Of a DNA stretch of 64,000 nucleotides, positions 1 through 9,660 are shown in pieces. Made by a program: the position numbers and the translations under genes. The first letter of the stretch is position 1. Each line of letters opens with the position of its first letter. The stretch is from positions 64,001 to 128,000 of the forward strand of contig CAYHBD010000016.1 of NCBI GenBank assembly GCA_964354805.1, read 5' to 3'. The notes beneath the pieces were generated by a model that did no database searches, was not told where the DNA came from, and worked only from the letters and a program-made list of their open reading frames with translations. The DNA is from an uncultured archaeon (GTDB lineage Archaea > Iainarchaeota > Iainarchaeia > Iainarchaeales > GCA-2688035).

Positions 1-638
1 CTGAAATGAAAAGCTTTGTTCCAAGGTGGATTAGAATAATGAGGGTGCAGCGCGATATTCCATCGCAGTTGATTGCTGCTGGCGTTCAAAAGAGCAATCT
101 GCGCCAGCTTGTGCAAATGGAAGCAGCCGCTGCAGGAATTGAGTGCAATTGCATCAGGTGCAGGGAAGCCGGCTTAAGGGCGCGCTTTGAGGACGGCACT
201 GATTTAAGCAGTGCAAAGCTTTTCGTTGAAAAATACAATGCAAGCAATGGGCAGGACTTTTTTATCTCTTTTGAGGATAAAGCAAGAAAATTTTTGTACG
301 GCTTCCTGCGCTTGCGCCAGCCTTTTGCTGTTGCAAAAGCCTGGGGGAAAAATGCTTCGCAACAGCCTTTTGCTCCCTTCCGAAAAGAGATTGATGCCAG
401 GACTGCTTTGGTCAGGGAGCTGCGGGTTTTTGGTGAACCACTGCCGTTGCATAAGCGCAGCGATGCAGCAATCCAGCACAAGGGAATTGGAAAAATGCTG
501 CTGCGCAGAGCAGAAGAGATTGCGCAAAGCGAATTGGATGCGCGCAAGCTTTCGGTTTTAAGCGGTTTCGGGGTAAAGCAGTACTATTTTGATTTGGGTT
601 TCAAGCGCGATGGCTGTTTTGTGGAAAAAAAGCTTTAA
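1..638 (+). CDS. elp3: Elp3 tRNA uridine(34) acetyltransferase, C-terminal GNAT part (5' truncated by window)
   Basis: RIMRVQRDIP, CNCIRCRE, GFLRLR, VRELRVFG, QHKGIGK.LL, SGFGVKQYY motifs. Confidence 0.93.
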   Translation, partial: EMKSFVPRWIRIMRVQRDIPSQLIAAGVQKSNLRQLVQMEAAAAGIECNCIRCREAGLRARFEDGTDLSSAKLFVEKYNASNGQDFFISFEDKARKFLYGFLRLRQPFAVAKAWGKNASQQPFAPFRKEIDARTALVRELRVFGEPLPLHKRSDAAIQHKGIGKMLLRRAEEIAQSELDARKLSVLSGFGVKQYYFDLGFKRDGCFVEKKL

Positions 639-666
639 ATAATAGAAAGGCGCCTATTTTCTTGCA

Positions 667-972
667 ATGGATATTATAGCCGAATGGCAGTTGTTTTTGG
701 AGGAGCACCCTGAGTTTTTTGAGTTATCAAAGAGCGATTTCTTCATTTCAATGCTGCAATCGCTTGTTAAGGGGGCAAAGTCGCCTGAATCAATTCATAA
801 CGATTTCCCTTTTGTTGAGTGGAATGACTTGTATTTGATTCTGGAGGCTTTGGTTAAATCAGGGGTTGTGGAGCAAATTAGAATTGGCGAAAAGAATTTT
901 TTCAAGACAACAGAAAAAGGCAAGCTGTTCCTTAAAATGTATAAAAAAACAAAGCGCTCTTTCAGCGTATAA
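667..972 (+). CDS. Small winged-helix-like hypothetical protein
   Basis: 101 aa; LEALVKSGVV...FKTTEKGK wHTH-like pattern. Confidence 0.6.
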   Translation: MDIIAEWQLFLEEHPEFFELSKSDFFISMLQSLVKGAKSPESIHNDFPFVEWNDLYLILEALVKSGVVEQIRIGEKNFFKTTEKGKLFLKMYKKTKRSFSV

Positions 973-1039
973 GCCTTTTTTTGCTAACGCAAAAAAGCCT
1001 TGGGAAAAGGGCAATTGCTTCGCAATTGCAAAAGGCTTT
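971..1039 (+). repeat. Double-hairpin intergenic repeat (REP/MITE-like), copy 1
   Basis: AAGCC-T7GC.taac.GCA6-GCCTTGGGAAAA-GCAATTGC.ttc.GCAATTGC; recurs elsewhere in window. Confidence 0.85.
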
Positions 1040-1112
1040 CTATGCAAAAAAAGCTTTGCCTTTAAAAACTTTATTAATTAGAATTCTATAAAACAAATTT
1101 TGGTGAATTTTT

Positions 1113-1463
1113 TTGAGCAGGGCATTGATTGCGGTTTTGGGCATTGGGAGAGGCACTTGGGGCCACATTGCGAGGCTTATTGCTGAAGAGCAGTGGGACC
1201 AGGCGCTGCTGGTTGGAAACGACTGGGGCAAGGAAAATTTCGCTCCAAGCAAAGAGGTTGACTGGATTATTGTAAACAACAGGGCCGGCTTCAACATTCT
1301 GAAGGATGCAATAAAGCAAAAGCTGCCTGATGTGGACGAACTGTGCATTTCCCTAATCAGTGGTTCTGGGAAAGAGCACATGGCATTGATTGCTGCTTTA
1401 AGGGAAGCAGGCAGGGAATTCAAAATCGTTGTTCTGACAGGCGAGGGAACAAAGTATTACTGA
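1113..1463 (+). CDS. Conserved hypothetical protein, possible stand-alone CARF-like Rossmann fold
   Basis: 116 aa, TTG start; LIAVLGIGRGTW and ISLISGSGKEHMAL. Confidence 0.7.
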   Translation: MSRALIAVLGIGRGTWGHIARLIAEEQWDQALLVGNDWGKENFAPSKEVDWIIVNNRAGFNILKDAIKQKLPDVDELCISLISGSGKEHMALIAALREAGREFKIVVLTGEGTKYY

Positions 1464-1479
1464 TTCCGGTTTTAATAGC

Positions 1480-1836
1480 ATGGACCTTATTTTTCTTGCA
1501 ATAGCAGTTGTCCTGATTGCCATCATTGTTTTTTTAATTAAGAAAATCTTTAAGCTGAGAGACCGGATTGATTCCCTGCGCTTTGACAAAAGCAGCCAGG
1601 CAGTAAAATACGGCAAAATGACAGAGCAGTTTATTCCGTTCACCGAGCAATTTCCTTTCCCTGCAGAGCGCTTTCGTTTCATTGGCAGCCCGATTGATGG
1701 CATTGCCTTTGACGAGGATGAAATAATTTTCTGCGAATTCAAAACAGCAGGGAGCACCCTGAGCGAAAAGCAGCGCAAAATAAAGGAATTGGTGGAAAGA
1801 AAAAAAGTGAAGTGGAAAGAATTCAATCTGCGCTAA
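1480..1836 (+). CDS. Membrane-anchored Holliday-junction-resolvase-like endonuclease (COG4741-type)
   Basis: N-terminal TM; GKMTEQF.PF, RFIGSPIDGIAF, EFKT PD-(D/E)xK motifs. Confidence 0.85.
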   Translation: MDLIFLAIAVVLIAIIVFLIKKIFKLRDRIDSLRFDKSSQAVKYGKMTEQFIPFTEQFPFPAERFRFIGSPIDGIAFDEDEIIFCEFKTAGSTLSEKQRKIKELVERKKVKWKEFNLR

Positions 1837-1926
1837 GCCTTTTTGCTCACGCAAAAATCCTTGGGAAAGACTGCCTAACGGCAAAGCCTTTTGCTTTGCA
1901 AAAGCCTTGGGACAACAGCCTTCGGC
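1835..1926 (+). repeat. Double-hairpin repeat, two tandem units
   Basis: AAGCCTTTTTGC.tcac.GCAAAAATCCTTGGG...TGCC.taac.GGCA then AAGCCTTTTGC.ttt.GCAAAAGCCTTGGG...GCCTTCGGC. Confidence 0.8.
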
Positions 1927-3278
1927 TAATCCTTTTTCTTTTCAAAAGGCGATACACCATCCCAGCAGTACAAGCACAGCTGGTTTTTTTCCTTTCCAAG
2001 GGCTTTAACAAAGTCCTCTAAAGTATTGTAAACAAGGCTGTCTGCTTCAATGTATTTTTTTATTTCTTCCACTGGCATTCTTCTTGCAGCCAGTTCTTCA
2101 TAGCTTCGCGTTGAAACCCCAAACCTGCAGGGGTGCATTAATGGCGGGCAGCTGATTCTTACATGAACCTCTTTTGCCCCTGCCTTTTTCAGCTCTTTCA
2201 CTTTCTCCCTTATCTGTGTTCCCCTCACAATAGAATCATCGCATAGCACAATTCTTTTTCCCTGAACAGCGTTTTTTAAAACACTCAGCTTTTTTTCAGC
2301 TTCTGAGTCCCTTTCCTCCTGCGTTGGCTGTGTGTAGCTCCTGTCCCCATACCTGTCAATCAGGAAAACGCTCTTCAACGGCACTTTGTTTTCCAAGTGG
2401 TATCCTTCAGCATGCCCAATGCCGCTGTTTGGAACAGGTGCAACAATATCAGCCTGCAGCTTTCCCTTATCCCTTTTCGCAAGCATTGCCCCCATATTGT
2501 TCCTTGCCTTGTCAACAGACAAGCTGTCAATAACAGAGTCAACGCTTGCAATGTAAGCCCACTCAAATGCGCAGAATGCAGTTCTGTCGCCTTTCATTTC
2601 CTTCAATGTTTTGAACCCGTTTTTGTCAATGAACAAGATTTCCCCCGGTCTTACATCCCTTTCAATTTCCATGCCCAGATTCTGCAATGCCCTGCTTTCA
2701 GAAGCAACGGCAAACTCTTTCCCGTTCTTTCCCAGAATCAATGGCTTGAATCCAAATCCGTCCCTTGCAGCAAAAATCCCTTTTGGGGTGAGAATAAGCA
2801 GGCTGTAGCTTCCCTCAATTTTCTTTGCCATTTGCTCAATGGCATCAACAAAATCGTTTCCCTGTACAACCAGCTTTGCAAGCAATTCAATCTGCGAATC
2901 CAGCCAAAAACTGTGCCCTTTTTTCTTCAGCTCTTCAATCAATTGTTCTGCATTAACAATGTTTCCGCTGAAGCAGATAGCGAAATCCCCAAGCTTGCTG
3001 TGCAGTGTCATTGGCTGCCTGTCCCTCAGGCTCACGTGCCCAATGCCAAAATTCCCCTGCAGTGTTTCAAAGTCCTCCCTTGTGAAAGTAGGGTCAACCC
3101 TGCCCTTGTGGCTCTGAATTATCACTTCCTTGCCATTGCTGGTTGCAATTCCGCAATACTGCTGGCCCCTGTGCTGCAGAAAATGCAGAGCCAGGTGAAT
3201 TCTCTTCACGCAAGGCTTATCAGAATAAAGGCCAAACAGGCCGCAATTATCTTTAGCTTTAACCAAAAAGCCCACCAT
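1926..3278 (-). CDS. purF: Amidophosphoribosyltransferase
   Basis: CGLFG after propeptide, LQHRGQ, CAFEWAY, DDSIVRGT PRT motif. Confidence 0.96.
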   Translation of the reverse strand: MVGFLVKAKDNCGLFGLYSDKPCVKRIHLALHFLQHRGQQYCGIATSNGKEVIIQSHKGRVDPTFTREDFETLQGNFGIGHVSLRDRQPMTLHSKLGDFAICFSGNIVNAEQLIEELKKKGHSFWLDSQIELLAKLVVQGNDFVDAIEQMAKKIEGSYSLLILTPKGIFAARDGFGFKPLILGKNGKEFAVASESRALQNLGMEIERDVRPGEILFIDKNGFKTLKEMKGDRTAFCAFEWAYIASVDSVIDSLSVDKARNNMGAMLAKRDKGKLQADIVAPVPNSGIGHAEGYHLENKVPLKSVFLIDRYGDRSYTQPTQEERDSEAEKKLSVLKNAVQGKRIVLCDDSIVRGTQIREKVKELKKAGAKEVHVRISCPPLMHPCRFGVSTRSYEELAARRMPVEEIKKYIEADSLVYNTLEDFVKALGKEKNQLCLYCWDGVSPFEKKKD

Positions 3279-3308
3279 AAAATAAAGAACCAGAAATATA
3301 TTTTAAAG

Positions 3309-4358
3309 CTATCCTATCCTGTACCGCAGCAATGCTGCAATGCCCCCCAAATTGAATAGCTGCTGGCCTGCCTCATGCTCGGCGTTTATTAAATGCACCT
3401 CTGCGCCCATTCTCTCCGCATCCTGCATTGCTTTTTCAGCCTGCTCCCTGTTCTGCAAAAAGAATTTATCGGCAACCAGCAATTGCTGCACTGCACCGAA
3501 TTCAATTGCTTTCTGCACCTGCAAAAAACCATACTCTGCCAGGCCGCTGTTTTTTCCAAGCTCAGCCAAAAACCTTTCCACCAACTGGGTTTCCTTAACC
3601 AGCTGCATGTTTTGCACAACCTTAACCAAAGTGCCGCCTTTCAGCATTTCCTGCAGACCTGTTACGCCAGTGCTGTTTGTTGCAGCAAAAAAGAACCGCA
3701 TTTCTTTTGGTTTTCCTTTTTCCTGCAGGAATTTTTCAAACCTGCTTCTTGTAAATCCCGGGCCAGCAACAACAACCTGCTTTGCCTTGGTTTCCTTTAT
3801 TTTTTCAGCAATCTCGGCAAAATATTTTTTTTCTGTTGATTCGTCAACAGCAAAGCGCTTCCCGCTCTTGCCGCTTGCAATAGTTGCTTTCTGCTGCAGT
3901 TCAAACTGCTTTAGCAATCCAAAAGTTGCCTGCTCGTCATCCAAAACAACAAGCAGAATATCTGGCTGCCTGCCTGCCTCAGCAGCAGCCCGTAATCTTT
4001 CAATCTGAAAGCGCAGCAGCTGCTTCTTCTGCACCTTCACTGGCGTGTGCAATGGCAGCTCCAGGCTATGGTGTGCTCCAATCTCAATCAATTCACTTGG
4101 CTTGCCTTGCACAATTGTTCCCTCAATCCTCAGCATTCCGCTGAATTTGTGGAATTCAACTGTTTCAACATTCAGTTCAACAAAAAGCTTTTCCCTTCTT
4201 GGCTTCTCCCCCTCATGCAGTGGCTTGATTTTTCTGTCAGTCTCCCCGCTAACCAAATCGCCTTTCTCAATTACCCGCTCCAAGTGCCAGAAATCATCAC
4301 TCGACTCAGGCACAACATGCAGGAAGCGATTCTTTTCATCAATTTTCAGAATTTTCAT
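3309..4358 (-). CDS. pelA: Pelota ribosome-rescue factor
   Basis: PESSDDFWHL, GAHHSLEL, VVAGPGF, LGGIAALLRY; ATG at 4358 preferred. Confidence 0.95.
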   Translation of the reverse strand: MKILKIDEKNRFLHVVPESSDDFWHLERVIEKGDLVSGETDRKIKPLHEGEKPRREKLFVELNVETVEFHKFSGMLRIEGTIVQGKPSELIEIGAHHSLELPLHTPVKVQKKQLLRFQIERLRAAAEAGRQPDILLVVLDDEQATFGLLKQFELQQKATIASGKSGKRFAVDESTEKKYFAEIAEKIKETKAKQVVVAGPGFTRSRFEKFLQEKGKPKEMRFFFAATNSTGVTGLQEMLKGGTLVKVVQNMQLVKETQLVERFLAELGKNSGLAEYGFLQVQKAIEFGAVQQLLVADKFFLQNREQAEKAMQDAERMGAEVHLINAEHEAGQQLFNLGGIAALLRYRIG

Positions 4359-4376
4359 AAAACAACTCACTCAGTT

Positions 4377-4458
4377 TCAAGCACAATGTTTTTTTTCCTT
4401 TTTTTTTGCAAAATTCAATTTTCCATTACTTTCAAGCGTAATAATATTTCTCCCTGTC
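4377..4458 (-). pseudogene. Two stacked degenerate copies of the ABCE1 3' end
   Basis: 4432-4458 reads DREKYYYA*; 4377-4410 reads KKEKKHCA*; intact gene ends DREQKEKGKYYYA*. Confidence 0.7.
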
Positions 4459-4498
4459 AATTGCTTTTCTTTTGCTTTCTTATCCTTCAATGCCTATT

Positions 4499-6283
4499 TC
4501 AAGCATAGTAATATTTTCCCTTTTCTTTTTGCTCCCTGTCAAGAACGCTGTCAAGTTTGTTCACTCTTGGCCTTTTGCTGTTCTTGTCCCTGCGCAGAGT
4601 AATCCCTAATTGCTGCAGCAGCCTGTTCATGCCCTCCTCCATTGAAAAAGGTCCTTCCGCTTTTCCGTTTCTTGCTGCTTCTCCCGAGAAAACCATTAAC
4701 CTGTCAGCAATGTAATCAAGGAAAAGCAAATCGTGGTCTACAATGAAAGCGCTTTTTCCCTTCACATCAACAACGCTTCTAATTGCCTTTGCAACAGCCA
4801 GCCTCTGCTCTACATCCAAATGCGCTGAAGGTTCATCCATTAAAATCAAATCGCTTTCCTTTAAAAGAGTTGAAGCAATTGCGCACCTTTGCAGCTCTCC
4901 CCCGCTCAATGTGTCAAGGCTTTTTTCCATTAATGCATCAATTGCGAGAGGCCTTATTACGTTGCTTTGCACGCCTGCATCGCTTAAATCAACTTTTTCC
5001 CGCAACAGCATTTCCTGTACTGTTTCCCTGCTTTCAACTGAAAGATACTGCGGTTTATACACGACTTTTAGATGCAAATCCACTTTGCAATTGTCCGGCT
5101 TTATTTCGCCTGCCAGCATTTTGACAAAGGTTGTTTTTCCTGTTGCATTGGGTCCTAAAATGCCAACCACTTCATTTCTATTAATGCTGTTTGCGTCAGC
5201 GTGCAATTCAAATCTGCCTAATTTTTTCCGCAAAGCAGGCCATTGCACTAATATGTCGCCATGCCTTGTTTTTTTGGCTTCCCTTTCGCTGAATTCAATT
5301 GCATATGACCTGAACCTGTAATTCTCTTCCTTGCTGTATCCATCCAGGTAAGTGTTTATTCCCTCTCTTGTTGTTTTCACCTGGCTCACTATTCCGAAAA
5401 CAGCAGGCTTCCCGTACATTAAGTGCACGAAATCGCTCAAATAATCAAGCAAAATCAAATCATGCTCTACAACGATTACGCTTTTCCCGCTTTCAGCAAT
5501 CTTTCTGATAAAAGCGCCAACATTCATCCTCTGCCTTATGTCCAGATAGCTGCTTGGCTCATCAAAAAAATAAACATCAGCTTCCTTTAATGCAGCTGCA
5601 GCAATCGCTGTCTTCTGCAGCTCGCCACCTGAAAGCTCGGAAACCTTCTGCTGCATTATTGGCTCAATCTGCAATTCAGCGGCAATTTCCCGCAATTTTT
5701 TCCTTTCATCAACCCTGCGCAGCAAATCAGCAACTCGTCCATGCACAATCTTTGGCAGCTTATCAACAGCCTGTGGTTTCACGCTTGCCCTTATTTTGCC
5801 TGCGCTCAATTTTTCAAAAAACGCCTGCTCTTCTTTTCCCCTGAAGAATTCAATCACTTTCTGCCAGCTTGGCTTTTCATCCGCTGTCCCAAGATTTGGA
5901 ACAAGCTCAGTGCTCAGAATGCGCAGTGCTGTTGTTTTTCCAATGCCGTTCTGCCCAACCAATCCAACAACATTCCCTTGCCTTGGCAACGGCAGCCTGT
6001 GCAGCCTGAACATATTTTTTCCAAAGCAGTGAACAGGCTGCTTTAGTGAAATCGACAAATTCACTATGCTGATTGCGTTGAATGGGCATTTTTTTTCGCA
6101 GATTAGGCAGCCTATGCACAAGTCCTCGCTGATGTTCGGCTTCTCGTTTTCAGCGTGTGAAATGCATTGCTTGGCTGCTCTGTTCACTGGGCAAACCTGC
6201 TCGCAAAGCCAATTCCCGCATTTTTTCGGATTGCATTTGTCATAGTTTATTACAGCAATCCTCTGCCTAATGTCCTGCTTCAT
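4499..6283 (-). CDS. rli: ABCE1/RLI ribosome-recycling ATPase
   Basis: N-terminal 4Fe-4S Cys motifs, two ABC domains (GQNGIGKTT, GPNATGKTT, LSGGELQ). Confidence 0.97.
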   Translation of the reverse strand: MKQDIRQRIAVINYDKCNPKKCGNWLCEQVCPVNRAAKQCISHAENEKPNISEDLCIGCLICEKKCPFNAISIVNLSISLKQPVHCFGKNMFRLHRLPLPRQGNVVGLVGQNGIGKTTALRILSTELVPNLGTADEKPSWQKVIEFFRGKEEQAFFEKLSAGKIRASVKPQAVDKLPKIVHGRVADLLRRVDERKKLREIAAELQIEPIMQQKVSELSGGELQKTAIAAAALKEADVYFFDEPSSYLDIRQRMNVGAFIRKIAESGKSVIVVEHDLILLDYLSDFVHLMYGKPAVFGIVSQVKTTREGINTYLDGYSKEENYRFRSYAIEFSEREAKKTRHGDILVQWPALRKKLGRFELHADANSINRNEVVGILGPNATGKTTFVKMLAGEIKPDNCKVDLHLKVVYKPQYLSVESRETVQEMLLREKVDLSDAGVQSNVIRPLAIDALMEKSLDTLSGGELQRCAIASTLLKESDLILMDEPSAHLDVEQRLAVAKAIRSVVDVKGKSAFIVDHDLLFLDYIADRLMVFSGEAARNGKAEGPFSMEEGMNRLLQQLGITLRRDKNSKRPRVNKLDSVLDREQKEKGKYYYA

Positions 6284-6394
6284 AGTAAAATAAGTTAAGG
6301 GAGTTGAACAAATAAATACCTTTGCCCTACTTTGGCTTCGGCTATTCCAGTTATTGCTGCTATTTAAGAAAAAGAAAAAAAGAGAGCACTGCTT

Positions 6395-7900
6395 TTACCA
6401 GTAATAGCGGTGCTCCACTGTGTAAGTTACTGTTTTGCTTCCATTTGCAGGCACTTTTACAGTGAATTCTATTGTGCTGCCTGTTTTCTTTTCAAATGCA
6501 TCGCTGTTTTTTGTTATTTCCCAGCTTGAGCCAACATATTCGTGCACTACTACCTCTGCCTCGCTATCCTTGTGGTTCCGCAGCTGTATTTCATAGCTAT
6601 GCCTATAGTAGCCTACTGCCAGGTTTGTTGACTCTGTTTGCTTTCTCTCTCCAACAATGTCAAATGCATCCCCAAGATACAGGTTCACTTCCTCGTCCTT
6701 TGCTGTGTGGTCAATCAGGTCTTCTCCAACAAACTGCAATTGGCCTTCGCTGTCAGCTTTGTATACCCTAACCTTTCCTTTTGGCAAAGGCAATCCCATT
6801 CCCTGTTGTTCGCTGTTCTTGAAATTAAGTTTTGTTTGAACCTTTGTCCCTTGCATTGCTCCATCATAGTAGAATATCTTTTTCACTGGAACGCCCTCTG
6901 CAGCCAAAAGCGCAATCTGCTTTACCTCATTGTTCATTACATCAGTTTTCCTGCCCAAAGTGTACATATGGTATTCAAACAGCCCTTCCTCTACAAACTG
7001 TTGTGGGGCAGCACCTGAAACCGCCCTGTCATATGCGTACTCCTCTTTGTACGTTTGTTCCACTACTCTGTGGACATCTCCTGCAACCAATTTCAATTTT
7101 GTGTCCGGATAGTTTGTTCCGCTCTTGTTGTCAATGCTTACCCAGCCCTTGAAATCCATTGCTGTGTCGCCTGCATTTACTTTTGCAATGTATTCCGCGT
7201 GCCATAGTATGCCGTCTGTAAGGTATGTTGTCTGGGTTTGCCTGCTTCCCTCTTTTGTTGCATACAATTTCCATATGAGCGTTGGCTTTACCCAGAGGTT
7301 TTCAGGCAGCTTTGGGAAAATGGTTCTTGCTGGATTCAGTGATACAACCCCTTCGCTTGTTTGCAAAAGAATGCCGTCACTGTAGCTTAGCAGTGTTCCT
7401 GTGTATTCTTTGGTTTTTTCGCCATCGAAGTCCAACACTGTTATTTCTTTGTCCAAGTATTTTTGCAACAGCTTTTCCCTTGAAACAAGGTCATACTCAT
7501 AGTTCTGTTCAATAACTGTCGTGTCAGAGTATTGCATGTCCTGGAAGAAAACACTGGTTGGATCGATTTTTGCTGCAACATCAGTGTATTTTACCAGGTT
7601 TACGCCCTCTTTCAGGGAAAGGTTTCTTATTTCCTTTACTAAAGCAAAATTCTGGTTGTAGATTGTCAGCTCTGTTCCCTCTTTCTGGTCACTGGTTTCT
7701 TCTGCCGCGAATCTTGCAACAACAGCCTGCGGTTTTTCGCTTGAAACAACATAGGCAACCTCCTTGATGTCTATTGCCGGTATGTCAACTCTTCTGCCGC
7801 CTGGCTGTTGCTCGATTTCAGTTGGGTTGATTAAAACAACAGCAGAGACAATTATCACTGCAATTAAAATGCCTGCAATAATGTACTGTGGCTTGTTCAA
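6395..7900 (-). CDS. DUF4139-family membrane-anchored protein
   Basis: N-terminal TM; LTIYNQNFALVKE, EQNYEYDL, PLPKGKVRVYK, GEDLIDHT. Confidence 0.85.
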   Translation of the reverse strand: MNKPQYIIAGILIAVIIVSAVVLINPTEIEQQPGGRRVDIPAIDIKEVAYVVSSEKPQAVVARFAAEETSDQKEGTELTIYNQNFALVKEIRNLSLKEGVNLVKYTDVAAKIDPTSVFFQDMQYSDTTVIEQNYEYDLVSREKLLQKYLDKEITVLDFDGEKTKEYTGTLLSYSDGILLQTSEGVVSLNPARTIFPKLPENLWVKPTLIWKLYATKEGSRQTQTTYLTDGILWHAEYIAKVNAGDTAMDFKGWVSIDNKSGTNYPDTKLKLVAGDVHRVVEQTYKEEYAYDRAVSGAAPQQFVEEGLFEYHMYTLGRKTDVMNNEVKQIALLAAEGVPVKKIFYYDGAMQGTKVQTKLNFKNSEQQGMGLPLPKGKVRVYKADSEGQLQFVGEDLIDHTAKDEEVNLYLGDAFDIVGERKQTESTNLAVGYYRHSYEIQLRNHKDSEAEVVVHEYVGSSWEITKNSDAFEKKTGSTIEFTVKVPANGSKTVTYTVEHRYYW

Positions 7901-8015
7901 ATTGAATCACCAGCAAATAATTGGCGTTTCTCCAATTTAACCTTTTCGCTTTTGTAAGTGAGCAAAATCGCAGCCAAAAACTATTTTAAACCATTTTCGC
8001 CCAAAATTCCCTATC

Positions 8016-8798
8016 ATGCGTAAAAGCAAAAACTGCAATCCAGAAATTGAAAAGCTCACCTTTACTTTCATAACTGCAATTGAAAACAGCTGCAAGGGAG
8101 TGCAAAAGGCAGCAGTTCTATTCAGCGGGGGCGTAGATTCAGCACTGGTTGCAAAAGCAGTGAGTGCGCAAGTAACCCAAACCACTTTATTTGTATCAGG
8201 CTTTTCAGGGAGCAGTGCGTTAAGCGCTGCAGAGCAGGGAGCAAAGCAACTGCGCCTGCCCCTTAGAAAAATAATTCTTTCAGAAAAAAAACTGAAAAAC
8301 GTAATTCCAAAAATTAAAAAAATAATCAAAACAAAGTCACCCCTGCATCTGCAGATTGCTTTGCCAATCTACTTTGCAATGCAGGGAACAAAAAAAGCCG
8401 GCTTCAAGCACATTTTCACAGGCATGGGAGCGGACGAACTGTTCCTCGGATACGATTACTTCAGAAGAGCATTTAACGGCAAAAATAGCGCTGCAATTAA
8501 AAAGCTGCAGAAAGAAAAGCTCGCTTCCTTCTGGAAAACGGATTTCGCCAGAGATAGCGCAATCGCAAGGGCGCTTGGATTGCGCTTGCATGTCCCCTTT
8601 CTTTTCCCCGCATTTATGAAGGCAGCGCTTGCATTCCCTGTAAAGCAGAATTTGCGTGGCAAAAACGATTTGCTGCGTAAGCACGCGCTGCGCTCCCTTG
8701 CGCTGCAATTTGGCATTCCGCAGGAAATCGCTTTCAAAAGAAAAAAAGCAGTGCAATACGACAGCGGAGTGAGCAAAGTGGTGAAGAGACTGCTTTAA
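8016..8798 (+). CDS. Asparagine synthase C-terminal (PP-loop) domain protein
   Basis: LFSGGVDS, TGMGADELFLGY, RKKKAVQYDSG. Confidence 0.85.
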   Translation: MRKSKNCNPEIEKLTFTFITAIENSCKGVQKAAVLFSGGVDSALVAKAVSAQVTQTTLFVSGFSGSSALSAAEQGAKQLRLPLRKIILSEKKLKNVIPKIKKIIKTKSPLHLQIALPIYFAMQGTKKAGFKHIFTGMGADELFLGYDYFRRAFNGKNSAAIKKLQKEKLASFWKTDFARDSAIARALGLRLHVPFLFPAFMKAALAFPVKQNLRGKNDLLRKHALRSLALQFGIPQEIAFKRKKAVQYDSGVSKVVKRLL

Positions 8799-9343
8799 GG
8801 GGCATTGCACAAGTTGTTCGCAGAAGTAGATGGTATCTTATCAACCTCACACAGATTAGACTTGTCATCCTTAACATCTATTTTGCAACTAGGGGCTGGG
8901 TCATAATTTGCACTTTTGTTAAATTGTACTTTGTCTTTTTCGTATTCAATTTTAATGCCATCGAGAGTTTTTTCACAATAGATATCAACATCAACCTGTA
9001 TATTTCCAATTACATTAACATTATCCACATGACAGTTTTCTAGCGATGCATCATCAAGTGTTGACCTAAAATACCCGCTAGTGTTATCCCCTAAAGTGGC
9101 TTTAATTGAAGCCATGTTCTTTGTGCAGCCATTTTTAAAGCCATCATCTGCTATTGCATCACTTGCACTTTTGTCAAGCAAATACCTGGCGGTCAGCCAT
9201 TCTCTTTTCAAATCAATTATTGCTTTGGCATAGTCTTTTTCGCTTTGTGCTCTAACCATTGCACTTGAATTGAATGCAACAGCAATAATTACCACTATTG
9301 CAATCGATGCGATTACTCCGCTGTAAGCTCCTTTCCTATTCAT
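8795..9343 (-). CDS. Pilin-like secreted protein (class III signal peptide)
   Basis: MNRKG followed by hydrophobic stretch; Cys-rich C-terminus. Confidence 0.7.
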   Translation of the reverse strand: MNRKGAYSGVIASIAIVVIIAVAFNSSAMVRAQSEKDYAKAIIDLKREWLTARYLLDKSASDAIADDGFKNGCTKNMASIKATLGDNTSGYFRSTLDDASLENCHVDNVNVIGNIQVDVDIYCEKTLDGIKIEYEKDKVQFNKSANYDPAPSCKIDVKDDKSNLCEVDKIPSTSANNLCNAP

Positions 9344-9660
9344 GCATCCTCACAAAAAACCTTTGGGGTTAATGTTTCCCTGCTCCTCAAATCGTTTGCT
9401 TTTGGATCTAGCAGTAATTCATAGACCGTCACGCATTCACCGTATTCTTTTCCACTAAAGTTATGGCTCTCACCTAGCTGATTTAAATAAAAGCCAGTGA
9501 TTGCTTGGTCCTCTGCCTGTTGCCTCAAAGAGCTTGAAATGTCTCCTTTCTCTGGCAGCGCATTTTGCTGAGCTGCAAGCGCTACAGCAAGCACTATAAC
9601 CAAAATTAATGCAAGAACCGCATCCATTGTAAAAAGAAAACCCTTTTTCATATCTTCCAC
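9340..9660 (-). CDS. Pilin-like protein
   Basis: KKG-FLFTMDAVLAL class III signal. Confidence 0.75.
   Translation of the reverse strand: MEDMKKGFLFTMDAVLALILVIVLAVALAAQQNALPEKGDISSSLRQQAEDQAITGFYLNQLGESHNFSGKEYGECVTVYELLLDPKANDLRSRETLTPKVFCEDA

Noticed and set aside
2397-3359. 320-aa plus-strand ORF (and similar long antisense ORFs such as 62150-63196)
   Set aside because: Antisense shadows of purF and pheT with no recognisable motifs.
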